From: Bacilli bacterium
GTDB lineage: Bacteria > Bacillota_I > Bacilli_A > ML615J-28 > CAG-698
Direction: 5' to 3'
Assembly: GCA_023228385.1 (NCBI GenBank)
Contig: JALOBF010000001.1
Span: forward strand, 1-50,837
DNA length: 50,837 bases
The notes below the pieces were generated by a model. It was not told where the DNA came from, ran no database searches, and was given only the letters and a program-made list of their open reading frames with translations. Positions 18,163-27,224 of this stretch are shown here, one piece after another. Every line of letters begins with the position of its first letter. Within the stretch, counting starts at the first letter, position 1. The translations under genes were made by a program, and so were the position numbers.

Positions 18163-18955
18163 TATGCACCACCATCCGGGGTAAGGAAAATTCAATATTG
18201 TTTTTTTCAAATAACTCTTTTACAAATTTTCTAATGCCGCGCTCAACAGCATAATGCTCTTCAGATGCTGTTTTCACAATAATACGTACCGTTGAGCCGG
18301 CGGCTCCGACTGCGGTAATGCCGATTACATTCGGTCCTTCAATAATCTGAGTAAACACTTCTCTTAAACTGTTCAGATTTTCTTCCAGCAAATCAATGAC
18401 AAAATCTATATTATGACGATGTGAAACATCGATATCAACAATGGCAATTGTTGGGTTTTTTGAAAAATTGGTTACATCAATGATATCACCATTAGAAAAA
18501 ATTTTAACTTCACCCTTCCAATTTTGTATTTTTGTTGATTTTAAACCAATTTCCATTACCGTTCCTTTATAGCCTTTGATTTCAACAACATCACCGATAT
18601 CATAATAATTTTCAAAAACTATTGATAAACCCGCCAACAAATCTCGAATTAAGCTTTGCGCTCCCAAGCCAATAACAATACCAATAATTCCAGCTCCCGC
18701 CAATATTGGCGTGACATTCACACCCCATATCCCTAAAATCACAATTACCATAATTATAATTAATATATAGCGAAATATACTTTGCATTAAACGAGCCATA
18801 GTCGCAGCTCTTTTCCTTTTATCTCTTTTTCTTTTAATGAAACGATTAACCAAAGTACCAACGATTAACCAAATTAAAACAGTTAAGACCAAAACAATTG
18901 CTGTAAAAATAACTTTGGTTACTTCCGTTTCGATAAATTTTCTGATGTTTTCCAT
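18140..18955 (-). CDS. mechanosensitive ion channel family protein (MscS type)
   Basis: 271 aa. 3 TM helices then GAQSLIRDLLAGLSIVFENYYDIGDVVEI..GTVMEIGLKSTKI, the MscS beta-domain signature. Confidence 0.82.
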   Translation of the reverse strand: MENIRKFIETEVTKVIFTAIVLVLTVLIWLIVGTLVNRFIKRKRDKRKRAATMARLMQSIFRYILIIIMVIVILGIWGVNVTPILAGAGIIGIVIGLGAQSLIRDLLAGLSIVFENYYDIGDVVEIKGYKGTVMEIGLKSTKIQNWKGEVKIFSNGDIIDVTNFSKNPTIAIVDIDVSHRHNIDFVIDLLEENLNSLREVFTQIIEGPNVIGITAVGAAGSTVRIIVKTASEEHYAVERGIRKFVKELFEKNNIEFSLPRMVVHNDKYPKI

Positions 18956-18966
18956 ATATTTACCTC

Positions 18967-19743
18967 TTAAATATTATTGTTTTCCAAAATTTCCTGTGCT
19001 AATTCACGATATTCCCGGCTTGAGCGAGAATGAAAAGCGGTTTTTAACACACTTTTACCTTGCATTGGCGCTTCTTGTAAATGGCTTGAACGGCTGATTA
19101 TCGTTTTAAAGGTTTTTGTTGGCAGTAAGTCCTTTACTTTATCAATAATTTTGTAGCCAAAGATATTCCGATTATCAAGCTTTGTTAATAAAACACCTTC
19201 AATTGTAAGCTTTTGATTTTTTTTATTTTTAAAAGTTTGAACCTGATGTATTTTGTTAATCATCAACGGTAAAGCTTCATACGCAAAGTATTCACATTCA
19301 ACCGGAATAATAACAGAATCAGCAGCAAACAAGGCGTTTTCCAGCGCTATACCTAACGAAGGAGCGCAATCAATTAATATGTAATCATAATTTTTTTTTA
19401 AAAGGTTGAGTTTTATTTGTAATATTAACTCTTTATTATCAATCTTAAAAAGGTCGATTGCCAAATTAATTAGTCTTTCTGATCCCGGAATTATATCTAA
19501 ATTACGGTCTTGGGTATGATATATTAATTCCCTGGCCTCTAAATCAGATACCAAAAGATCATATGACGTATAATCAAGCAACTCCTGCGAAAAACCGAGC
19601 CCAATTGTTGCATTTGCTTGTTCGTCTAAATCAATCAAAAGTACCTTTTTACCGAAATGAGCTAATGCCGATCCTAAATTAATAGTAGTGGTCGTTTTAC
19701 CGACACCGCCTTTTTGATTCGCTATTGCAATTATTTTTCCCAT
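18967..19743 (-). CDS. soj: ParA/Soj chromosome-partitioning ATPase
   Basis: 258 aa. Deviant Walker A NQKGGVGKTTT. Directly downstream of rsmG, as in Bacillus. Confidence 0.88.
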   Translation of the reverse strand: MGKIIAIANQKGGVGKTTTTINLGSALAHFGKKVLLIDLDEQANATIGLGFSQELLDYTSYDLLVSDLEARELIYHTQDRNLDIIPGSERLINLAIDLFKIDNKELILQIKLNLLKKNYDYILIDCAPSLGIALENALFAADSVIIPVECEYFAYEALPLMINKIHQVQTFKNKKNQKLTIEGVLLTKLDNRNIFGYKIIDKVKDLLPTKTFKTIISRSSHLQEAPMQGKSVLKTAFHSRSSREYRELAQEILENNNI

Positions 19744-19759
19744 GTACTTCCCTCTTTAT

Positions 19760-20440
19760 TTATAAATGTTTTTTCTTAATCTGTGCATACCGTCGCGGAT
19801 ATACCAATTCTGTTTCCCGTTGTTTTCTTATTTTTATAATCGCGTGTTGACCCATATTTTCCGGAAGTTGGTATTCATAAATATTTTCAATAACAGAAAA
19901 TAATATTTTTAAAGCATTGCCTGATGCTTTCTGTTCTTCATAATAATTACTGCCTTTATAGGCAATAAAAATACCTCCGACTTTTAGAAAAGGAAGAACC
20001 AATTCTAATAAAACGGGTAAAACCGCAACAGCTCTAGCTGATACTAAATCATAATATTCTCGACGGTTCAAGATAAAATTTTCAGCCCGCTGATTGATGA
20101 ATTCAATATCAGAAATTTGTAGCAGGTCGCATAACCTTTGTAAAAATAATATTTTTTTCTTTGTTGGTTCGACAACTGTCAGTTTTAAATGAGGAAAAAC
20201 AACTTTTAATGGTATTGCTGGGAATCCTCCGCCGCTTCCAATATCACAATAATTATTAATTTTGAAAAAATCTAAGGTAAAACAAGCAGCAAGAGAATCA
20301 TAAAAATGTTTAATGTAAACTTCTTTTCTATCGATAATAGAAGTTAAATTGTATTTTTGGTTCTCCTCAATCAAAAATTTATAATATTTATTAAATTGTT
20401 CGATTTGTTTTAAACTCAAATTGAAAGTGTTTAAAATCAT
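19760..20440 (-). CDS. rsmG: 16S rRNA (guanine527-N7)-methyltransferase RsmG
   Basis: 226 aa. SAM motif DIGSGGGFPAIPLK. ATGA overlap with the mnmG stop. Confidence 0.9.
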   Translation of the reverse strand: MILNTFNLSLKQIEQFNKYYKFLIEENQKYNLTSIIDRKEVYIKHFYDSLAACFTLDFFKINNYCDIGSGGGFPAIPLKVVFPHLKLTVVEPTKKKILFLQRLCDLLQISDIEFINQRAENFILNRREYYDLVSARAVAVLPVLLELVLPFLKVGGIFIAYKGSNYYEEQKASGNALKILFSVIENIYEYQLPENMGQHAIIKIRKQRETELVYPRRYAQIKKKHL

Positions 20441-22293
20441 TTTTTATACTCCAACCAAACTAACAAAATTGCAACATCACTTGGATTAACACCGCTAATT
20501 CGGGATGCCTGAGAGATTGTTTCCGGACGAACCGACTTTAATTTATCTCTAGCTTCGTATGCTATGTTCGGAATGGCATCATAATCAATATCAATCGGTA
20601 TTTTTCTTGATTCCATTCGGGCAAGTTTTTTTGCTTCTTTATATTCTTTTTCAATGTAACCTGAATATTTTATTTCGATTAAAGCGTGTTCTTTTATATC
20701 CGCGGATAAGTTAAACTTAATTCCCAATATTTCTTCTAAATTAAGAAAATCAATATCAGGCCTTTTTAAGAAATCAAAACCGGTTATTTGTTTATTGAGT
20801 GGCATTTTTTTATTTAATTCTAAATATTCGTTAGTTTCCGGTTTAGGTCTGACTTTTATTTCCCTGGTTTTTTCAATCAAATTATCAATCATTTCCCTCT
20901 TTTTTAAATATCCTTGATATCTTGCTTGCGATATTAATCCAATTTTATAGCCATATTTTATTAACCTTGTTTCTGCATTATCGTGCCGCAAAAGAAGTCT
21001 AAATTCAGCCCGAGAAGTAAGCAGCCGATAAGGATCTTTAACCCCTTTAGTAATCAGGTCATCGATTAGCACACCAATATAAGCTTCATCGCGCCGCAAT
21101 ACCAAAGGAGGTTTATTTTTTATAATTTGATTAGCATTGATTCCAGCAATTAAGCCTTGGCACGCCGCCTCTTCGTAACCGCTGGTGCCATTAACTTGTC
21201 CAGCAAAAAAAAGGTTTTTTACTAATTTTGATTCCAAACTTGTTTTTAACTGTCGGGGATCAATCGCATCATATTCAATAGCATAAGCATAACGACTAAT
21301 AACTGCATTTTCTAGTCCCGGCACACTTCTTACTATGGTTTCTTGAAGTTCAACCGGTAAACTGGTCGAAAGTCCTTGAACATACATTTCATCAAGAAAA
21401 AGGCTTTCCGGTTCCAGAAATACTTGGTGTCGGCTTTTATCGGCAAAACGAACTACTTTATCTTCAATTGATGGACAATAACGTGGTCCAACGCCTTCAA
21501 CCAAACCGGAATACATACTTGAAAGATGTAAATTTTCTTTAATGATTCTATGGGTTTCTTCTGTGGTATATGTTAAGTAACATTTTTCTTGCTTTTCATA
21601 AGGTAGCATCTCCTGAGTTTCATGACTAAAACAACGGAACACAGAATCTCCTTCTTGTGGTTTCATTTTAGAAAAATCAATTGACGATCTTTTTATTCGT
21701 GGCGGCGTTCCCGTTTTTAACCTTAATATCGTAAAACCTAATTGCCGGAGTGTTCCTGATAATTGTTTAGTGGTTCTTTCATCATCAGGACCAGCTTCCC
21801 GAACCGTCTGCCCGACCAGTATTCGCGATGACAAATAAGTGCCGCTTGAAATAATTACTGCTTTTGAAAAATATTTTTTACCGTTTTCTAAAACTACGCC
21901 TTTAACAATACCAGACTCGACAATCAAGTCAACAATATAAGCTTCTAAATATTCCAATCCGGGTGTATTCTTAATAACATCTTTCATAAATTCCGGATAG
22001 GCTATTTTGTCGGCTTGAGCGCGTAAAGCTTGAACCGCCGGGCCTTTCGATATATTAAGCATTTTTATTTGAAGTAAAGTTCGATCAATTGCTTTAGCCA
22101 TCTGACCGCCTAAAGCATCAATTTCCCGAACAATAATTCCCTTTGCGGGGCCGCCGATCGAAGGATTGCATGATAAATGAGCAATCCTTGAGTAATTGCC
22201 GAAAACCATTAAAGTCCTGTTTCCTAATCTGGCCCCGGCAAGGGCGGCCTCAACACCAGCATGTCCGCCGCCTAAAACAATTATATCATACAT
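20437..22293 (-). CDS. mnmG: tRNA uridine-5-carboxymethylaminomethyl synthesis enzyme MnmG (GidA)
   Basis: 618 aa. N-terminal FAD motif YDIIVLGGGHAGVEAA, then GPRYCPSIEDK and the C-terminal GidA-associated domain. Confidence 0.95.
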   Translation of the reverse strand: MYDIIVLGGGHAGVEAALAGARLGNRTLMVFGNYSRIAHLSCNPSIGGPAKGIIVREIDALGGQMAKAIDRTLLQIKMLNISKGPAVQALRAQADKIAYPEFMKDVIKNTPGLEYLEAYIVDLIVESGIVKGVVLENGKKYFSKAVIISSGTYLSSRILVGQTVREAGPDDERTTKQLSGTLRQLGFTILRLKTGTPPRIKRSSIDFSKMKPQEGDSVFRCFSHETQEMLPYEKQEKCYLTYTTEETHRIIKENLHLSSMYSGLVEGVGPRYCPSIEDKVVRFADKSRHQVFLEPESLFLDEMYVQGLSTSLPVELQETIVRSVPGLENAVISRYAYAIEYDAIDPRQLKTSLESKLVKNLFFAGQVNGTSGYEEAACQGLIAGINANQIIKNKPPLVLRRDEAYIGVLIDDLITKGVKDPYRLLTSRAEFRLLLRHDNAETRLIKYGYKIGLISQARYQGYLKKREMIDNLIEKTREIKVRPKPETNEYLELNKKMPLNKQITGFDFLKRPDIDFLNLEEILGIKFNLSADIKEHALIEIKYSGYIEKEYKEAKKLARMESRKIPIDIDYDAIPNIAYEARDKLKSVRPETISQASRISGVNPSDVAILLVWLEYKK

Positions 22294-22596
22294 TAAACCA
22301 CCTATAATTTATTTTATCACAAAATTATAAAAATTGTAGATTTATTTTATTTTTTATAAAATTTATGTTATAATTTTATATAAAGTTGTCAGTATAAAAA
22401 AATAACCGTTATTTAAAAAACTGATAACAAAAATAATAAGACTCAGTTTTTTTTCGAATAAACTTAAGTTAAATAATAGCTCGAGTAAATGTTGATCTTA
22501 AACCAATAATATTATGTGTCGGAAAAAGGTCGTTAAACCTATGTTTGTCTGCGCTGTATAAAAACCTATCCTAAGGAAAGAAGAGGAGATATAAAC

Positions 22597-24750
22597 TTGA
22601 AAAAATTTTTCACCTTTACATTAATTTTCATTGTGTTTTTATTTTTCGGTATTATTGTTAATGCTGAAAATTCGACTACTTCGTTAATTATCTCTAGCCC
22701 CGGTTCAGATGCTAGCAAAGAGATTAACATCTCCTGGCATACAGATAATAACGATAATTTCGTTCGTTATACTCTTGCTTCCGATCAAAACTTCACAGAA
22801 GCAAGAACCAAAGTTGGAGAATGTACGCCAATCCCTTTTAATGACAAATCCGGTACCTTACATTGTAAAGCAACTCTTACTAATTTACAAGACGATACCG
22901 AGTATATCTATCAAGTCGGCAAAACCAGTTGGTCAAGTACTCGCACATTTAAAACCGCCGGTTCTTCAAGTTTCAGTTTTGTTCATGTTAGCGATATTCA
23001 TTCATATCTTCCGGGATCGAGGAACTATCGCGTTGCCCGGGCCAATGCCCTGCTTAATAAAGCTTATTCGATTGAAAATGACCTTCGTTTTACTTTAATT
23101 AGCGGTGACGCTGTTGCCTATGGAACCGTTTACGAGCAATGGCTTGATCTTTTTGCCATGGATACTACCACACAGATGATGTACACTTTAACACCCGGGA
23201 ATCACGATTACTACAATACTAAAGCTGAAAAAACCAATATCGGATATTTCAACAGTGTAACTAATCATCCCAATAACGGAGCAAACGGTTTAAATAATGC
23301 AACCTACTACTTTAAATATGGCAATGCGCTTTTTATTTCCCTTGAATCAGAAGCAGCAAACGCTTCTGCTAGTGCCCAAAAAGCACAGCAAACTTGGCTT
23401 AAAGAAATTATCGCTCTAAATCCCGCTGATTTTGTAATTGCTTTTTGCCATCGGCCCTTTTACACTGGGGACGGTAGGAACGCTGGGCAAGCACAAGAAC
23501 AACGCAATTATTTTCAAACAATATTTGATGAATGTGGTGTTGACCTTGTACTAACGGGCCATAATCACGTACTGGCCAGAACCTTTCCGGTTTATAATAA
23601 TAATAAAACTAACACCCCAAACGGTACGGTCTACATTACCGCTTCTGCTGTCGGTGATCGCTGGCAAACTGAAGAAGGCACGTCAATGCCAATGGTTGAT
23701 TATTACAAAATTGGAGCTTTTGATTCCTGTACAATTGTCACGGTTGAAGAAAATTCTATTAAACTAAAAATGGTTGACGCCAGCGGTGCTGTTTTAGACA
23801 CTTATCAAATCTTTAATAAAACTACCGGTATAAATAAATCATCTTATAATGATTCTTTAAATATTGTCAGCAATGATGAAGATTTCTCACAAGCGGTTTT
23901 AGAATTTAAAGATTTAGGCCCCGGTCGTATCAACAAAATTACTGTAACCAGTGAAGACGGTCAGCTTAATCAAACCTTTCTTTTTCCAACAGCACCGCTA
24001 ACCATAACCGGCATTCCCGATAATGTCATCGAGTATCAGTTAACTGTCGAAACATTACTGAGAAGCGGAGAAACAATCAAAAAAAATATTAACCTTATTA
24101 ATCAGCATAAATATTTCGGAAAAATACAAAACCTAAGAATCCTTGAAATTGATGATTATCAAACCGGGTTATTCTGGGACAGTGAGCTTGTAGAAGGTAA
24201 AATTTTAATGTTTGAAATTTATATTAACGGCATCTTCCATAAAAACATTACACCTGAAGAAGATTTTACAGTACTTGATCAAATCAGTCCCTATAAACAA
24301 AATGAAGTTGAATTTCGTGCTATTGATTTTGAAGATGAGATTGTTTTTTCTGAGAAAATAGTTTATGGTGAAGATGCCGATCCGGTAAATCTTAATTTCA
24401 ACAAAGAAATTCATGAATTGAATGTCGGTGCCATATTTACGCCAGAAATCACAATTTCTCCGGAACAAAATTTACTGTTGGAATTTACCTCAAGCAATGA
24501 AGCGGTTGCTACTGTGGATAAAAACGGAAAAATTACGGCGGTTGGACCCGGCAATTGCACCATCACTGTTTCAGTTATAAAGAGATGGGACGTTACTGAC
24601 ACTATAGAAATAGTAGTAAACATTCCGGAAGAGCCACTTGACCCTGATAAAACAGAAAAGAAAAAAGGTTGCTTCGGTATTAAATCCGCAACTTTCCTTT
24701 TTTCGTTAGGTGCCCTCTTAATATTATTAAGAAAAAATAAATTCTTATAA
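22597..24750 (+). CDS. secreted purple-acid-phosphatase-like metallophosphoesterase with Big_2 domain and a C-terminal membrane anchor
   Basis: 717 aa, TTG start 7 nt after GAGGAG. Signal peptide, PAP N-terminal domain (INISWHTD), and calcineurin-type motifs (VHVSDIH, GDAVAYG, GNHDYY, CHRPFY, GHNHV). A Big_2 domain lies near the C-terminus. The tail reads KKKGCFGIKSATFLFSLGALLILLRKNKFL. Confidence 0.8.
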   Translation: MKKFFTFTLIFIVFLFFGIIVNAENSTTSLIISSPGSDASKEINISWHTDNNDNFVRYTLASDQNFTEARTKVGECTPIPFNDKSGTLHCKATLTNLQDDTEYIYQVGKTSWSSTRTFKTAGSSSFSFVHVSDIHSYLPGSRNYRVARANALLNKAYSIENDLRFTLISGDAVAYGTVYEQWLDLFAMDTTTQMMYTLTPGNHDYYNTKAEKTNIGYFNSVTNHPNNGANGLNNATYYFKYGNALFISLESEAANASASAQKAQQTWLKEIIALNPADFVIAFCHRPFYTGDGRNAGQAQEQRNYFQTIFDECGVDLVLTGHNHVLARTFPVYNNNKTNTPNGTVYITASAVGDRWQTEEGTSMPMVDYYKIGAFDSCTIVTVEENSIKLKMVDASGAVLDTYQIFNKTTGINKSSYNDSLNIVSNDEDFSQAVLEFKDLGPGRINKITVTSEDGQLNQTFLFPTAPLTITGIPDNVIEYQLTVETLLRSGETIKKNINLINQHKYFGKIQNLRILEIDDYQTGLFWDSELVEGKILMFEIYINGIFHKNITPEEDFTVLDQISPYKQNEVEFRAIDFEDEIVFSEKIVYGEDADPVNLNFNKEIHELNVGAIFTPEITISPEQNLLLEFTSSNEAVATVDKNGKITAVGPGNCTITVSVIKRWDVTDTIEIVVNIPEEPLDPDKTEKKKGCFGIKSATFLFSLGALLILLRKNKFL

Positions 24751-24760
24751 AAACATAAAC

Positions 24761-24797
24761 AAAAAAACCAAGTAATAAATTAAACTTGGTTTTTTTA
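24761..24797. terminator. bidirectional terminator between convergent surface-protein genes
   Basis: A7-CCAAGT-AATAAATTAA-ACTTGG-T7, i.e. ACCAAGT/ACTTGGT stem with A and T runs on both sides. Confidence 0.8.
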
Positions 24798-24802
24798 TAG
24801 CA

Positions 24803-25657
24803 TTATTTTTTTACCATAATACGGATGGAGCTTTTAACGCCATCCCAAGAAGTACAAGTAATTATTACAATTTCGGTCTTTTGAATATCATCTTTTTTCG
24901 CGGCTTTTAGTTTATTACTCTCATCTAACCAAAGAAGGCTTGGCTTACTGCTTTCAATTTTGATATTTTCTGTACTTGATTCCGGATAGGCGGAGATTTT
25001 TAATTCCAGAGTTCCGTCAGCGGAAACTTGAGTTATATTATTAACCGTGCTAATTATGATTGTTTCAGTGGGGCGGTATTTAATGTAGAAAGCTTTTTTA
25101 CATCGCATATTGGGGTCAAATTTTGACTGGGCAACCACAATTAATTTAGTTGGAGTTGTAGCATCATTTACAATTAATAAACCTTCTTCGTCTATTTCAG
25201 CAGCATTTGCATTACCCCATTGCGAATCCTCTATTGACCATATTACATCATGCGATAAGTTTTCCGGAAAAACACTTACCGATAACTGCATTGAACCTTC
25301 TTGCTGAAAAAAATTACCTTCTGAATTAATCTTAATTAACGATATCTGTTCCTGAACCACTTTTACAACTACATTTGCATATTTAATACCGTCAATCGTG
25401 GCATGTACGGTAGCCTTTCCGACTTGAAGTCCGGTAACAATATTACCGTTTAGAGAAATTATCCCTTCTTCCGATAAAGTATATTTCACTTCGCTGTCTT
25501 CGCTATATTCACCATAAATCAAACTTAAAATGGCTTCTTCTCCAACTTTCAGCTCGATTTCATGGTTAGCAAAACGAAATACTTCTATATCGGATTTAGC
25601 ACAACCAACGAGAATTATACTTAAAATAAGTAATAAAATTAGTTTTATTTTCTTCAT
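24803..25657 (-). CDS. lipoprotein with three Big_2-like (bacterial Ig-like) repeats
   Basis: 284 aa. Lipobox LILSIILVGC, followed by three modules of about 85 aa with the Big_2-like pattern (e.g. LQVGKATVHATIDG). Confidence 0.7.
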   Translation of the reverse strand: MKKIKLILLLILSIILVGCAKSDIEVFRFANHEIELKVGEEAILSLIYGEYSEDSEVKYTLSEEGIISLNGNIVTGLQVGKATVHATIDGIKYANVVVKVVQEQISLIKINSEGNFFQQEGSMQLSVSVFPENLSHDVIWSIEDSQWGNANAAEIDEEGLLIVNDATTPTKLIVVAQSKFDPNMRCKKAFYIKYRPTETIIISTVNNITQVSADGTLELKISAYPESSTENIKIESSKPSLLWLDESNKLKAAKKDDIQKTEIVIITCTSWDGVKSSIRIMVKK

Positions 25658-25724
25658 ATAAATCCTCTCTTATCTAAATCTACTTATATTATAACATAGA
25701 AATTAAATAATGTTAAGATTTGTT

Positions 25725-26150
25725 TTACCTTTTTTTATTAATGATTAACCGGAAAAAGATAGCCCCACAAACACCGCCAAGATCAATCAGAACATCAATA
25801 GCTGAACTGCAGCGGCCGGGACTAAAAAACTGAATCATCTCATCGATTATTGCAATTATAATTCCGTATAAAAAAACAAGAACATGGCACTTCTTATTAT
25901 CCGATACCACTGGAAAAGCTAAAATGGTGAGAATAAAAAATTCAAATAAATGAGCAGCCTTTCTTATAAATAATGACAAACGGCTAGGGTCTACGATAAT
26001 CCCAATCCAACTCAATACATACTGGAGGACTTTAACAAATCGGCCGCTGATTTCTGACGATTCGGGGGCCGACTGCAAAGAATTGTAAAAGATGAAGGCT
26101 ATCCATAAAAGAGATAGAAATATAAAAGACTTTTTTTTCAAGCCAATCAC
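25725..26150 (-). CDS. VanZ-family membrane protein
   Basis: 141 aa, 4 TM. KAAHLFEFFILT and DEMIQFFSPGRCSSAIDVLID are typical of VanZ. GTG start as in the track (a TTG 3 codons in is also possible). Confidence 0.7.
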   Translation of the reverse strand: MIGLKKKSFIFLSLLWIAFIFYNSLQSAPESSEISGRFVKVLQYVLSWIGIIVDPSRLSLFIRKAAHLFEFFILTILAFPVVSDNKKCHVLVFLYGIIIAIIDEMIQFFSPGRCSSAIDVLIDLGGVCGAIFFRLIINKKR

Positions 26151-26205
26151 GCCCTTATTATTATAATAAAAACCGGCTTATTTATAATAAGTTTAATTTT
26201 TACAA

Positions 26206-26721
26206 CTACTTTAAATGGCAGTCGCCTAACTGTTCTTCTAATTTTGCTATAATACTTTCTGCACCTTGAGCTTCAAAATACGCTTTTTTTACTCCTTCAT
26301 TAACGGTAATAGATATTAAAGAAGATGTGGAACCGATATATAAATCCTGCCATTCTGTTATGCCCGTTACTTTAAATGTTCCATTTGTACCTTCGCCGTC
26401 AGTACCCTCATACTCGCGGAAAATATATACTGATTGTCGCGGCTTTTCTTCTTCGGAAAAAAGTAATACCGAATATATCGGACGTTTGTTTTTACATCCG
26501 GAATATTCATTAATAATCTTCATATAATTAATTATCGCCGGTGCAGCCTCATCACAATCGGCACAATCTAATCGATGAAAATAAACATAGTATTTGTCTT
26601 CCTTTTGACTGAAAATATCTTGCTTTTTAATTCCCTTCACTCCTTCTAATTTACCTTTTGAGCTGCATCCGGTAAAAATAAATAATCCTAATAATAACCA
26701 GAACAAGATTGTCTTTTTCAT
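26206..26721 (-). CDS. lipoprotein, possibly thioredoxin-fold (CADC motif)
   Basis: 171 aa. Lipobox LFIFTGC, AGGAGG RBS. YYVYFHRLDCADCDEAAPAI resembles the beta1-CxxC-alpha1 region of thioredoxin-like proteins. Confidence 0.45.
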   Translation of the reverse strand: MKKTILFWLLLGLFIFTGCSSKGKLEGVKGIKKQDIFSQKEDKYYVYFHRLDCADCDEAAPAIINYMKIINEYSGCKNKRPIYSVLLFSEEEKPRQSVYIFREYEGTDGEGTNGTFKVTGITEWQDLYIGSTSSLISITVNEGVKKAYFEAQGAESIIAKLEEQLGDCHLK

Positions 26722-26742
26722 AATTTCCTCCTATATTTTATT

Positions 26743-27084
26743 CTATTTTGTAATCTTAGCATCAAATGACTGAAGAATTTGCTCATATTTCGTTTTACTT
26801 ATATAACTGTACTGTATATTCTTCCCCCTTTTTACAACATATACTTTTTCTCCTTTTATCATTGGGATAAAAAAACTAAGAGAAAATATAATAAATATAA
26901 TTGTTATATAAATAAAATAATAATATCCATTTATATTTTTGTTTTTTTCCCATAAAGCCAAAATAAAAAAAACAAAAGACGCAAGGTTAAAAAACATCAT
27001 CGGTAAGGAGATGCGCAAAAAAGTATATTTTTTGGTGCTTTTAATAAAAGAACTTTTTAAATATTGTGGGGATTGATTATCCAT
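26743..27084 (-). CDS. hypothetical 2-TM membrane protein
   Basis: 113 aa ORF, same orientation as and close to its neighbours. No family recognised. Confidence 0.4.
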   Translation of the reverse strand: MDNQSPQYLKSSFIKSTKKYTFLRISLPMMFFNLASFVFFILALWEKNKNINGYYYFIYITIIFIIFSLSFFIPMIKGEKVYVVKRGKNIQYSYISKTKYEQILQSFDAKITK

Positions 27085-27224
27085 GCTAAATCCTTATCTA
27101 AACATTAATTCTAATTATGCATATTATACAATAAAAATCGATTTTAATCTATTCTACCAGCTTATATAATTAAAATTGTCTTATTGATAAGATTATACAA
27201 CTTTTTTCTTTAATTGCAAGTTTT

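Noticed and set aside
18967-19743. parS site near soj
   Set aside because: I did not notice any CACGTG-centred TGTTNCACGTGAAACA-like sequence while reading. This is a visual scan only and needs a proper pattern search.
22520-22580. Pho-box-like hexamers at 11-bp spacing (TTAAAC-N5-TTTGTC-N5-TGTATA) upstream of the secreted phosphoesterase
   Set aside because: The match to the TT(A/T/C)ACA direct-repeat consensus is poor, only about two units are present, and in AT-rich DNA this is indistinguishable from chance. The TTAAAC-18-TATAAA pair may simply be the promoter.
22294-22596. 300-bp AT-rich spacer upstream of mnmG as a possible oriC or DnaA-box cluster
   Set aside because: I saw only one loose DnaA-box-like sequence (TTATCACA), no cluster of TTATCCACA-type boxes, and no dnaA or dnaN nearby. 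It is most simply read as divergent promoter space.
22709-23098. 129-aa same-strand out-of-frame ORF inside the metallophosphoesterase gene, and similar nested ORFs (for example 1232-1435, 6520-6789, 6794-6979, 7218-7436, 8498-8776, 9377-9574, 11317-11547, 16486-17094, 24205-24623, 25110-25307, 30620-30835, 32068-32464, 38948-39410, 41052-41569, 43063-43513, 44953-45168, 47923-48207, 49302-50163)
   Set aside because: All lie inside or antisense to CDSs with strong family motifs. They give low-complexity or hydrophobic translations typical of AT-rich shadow frames, and they lack RBSs.
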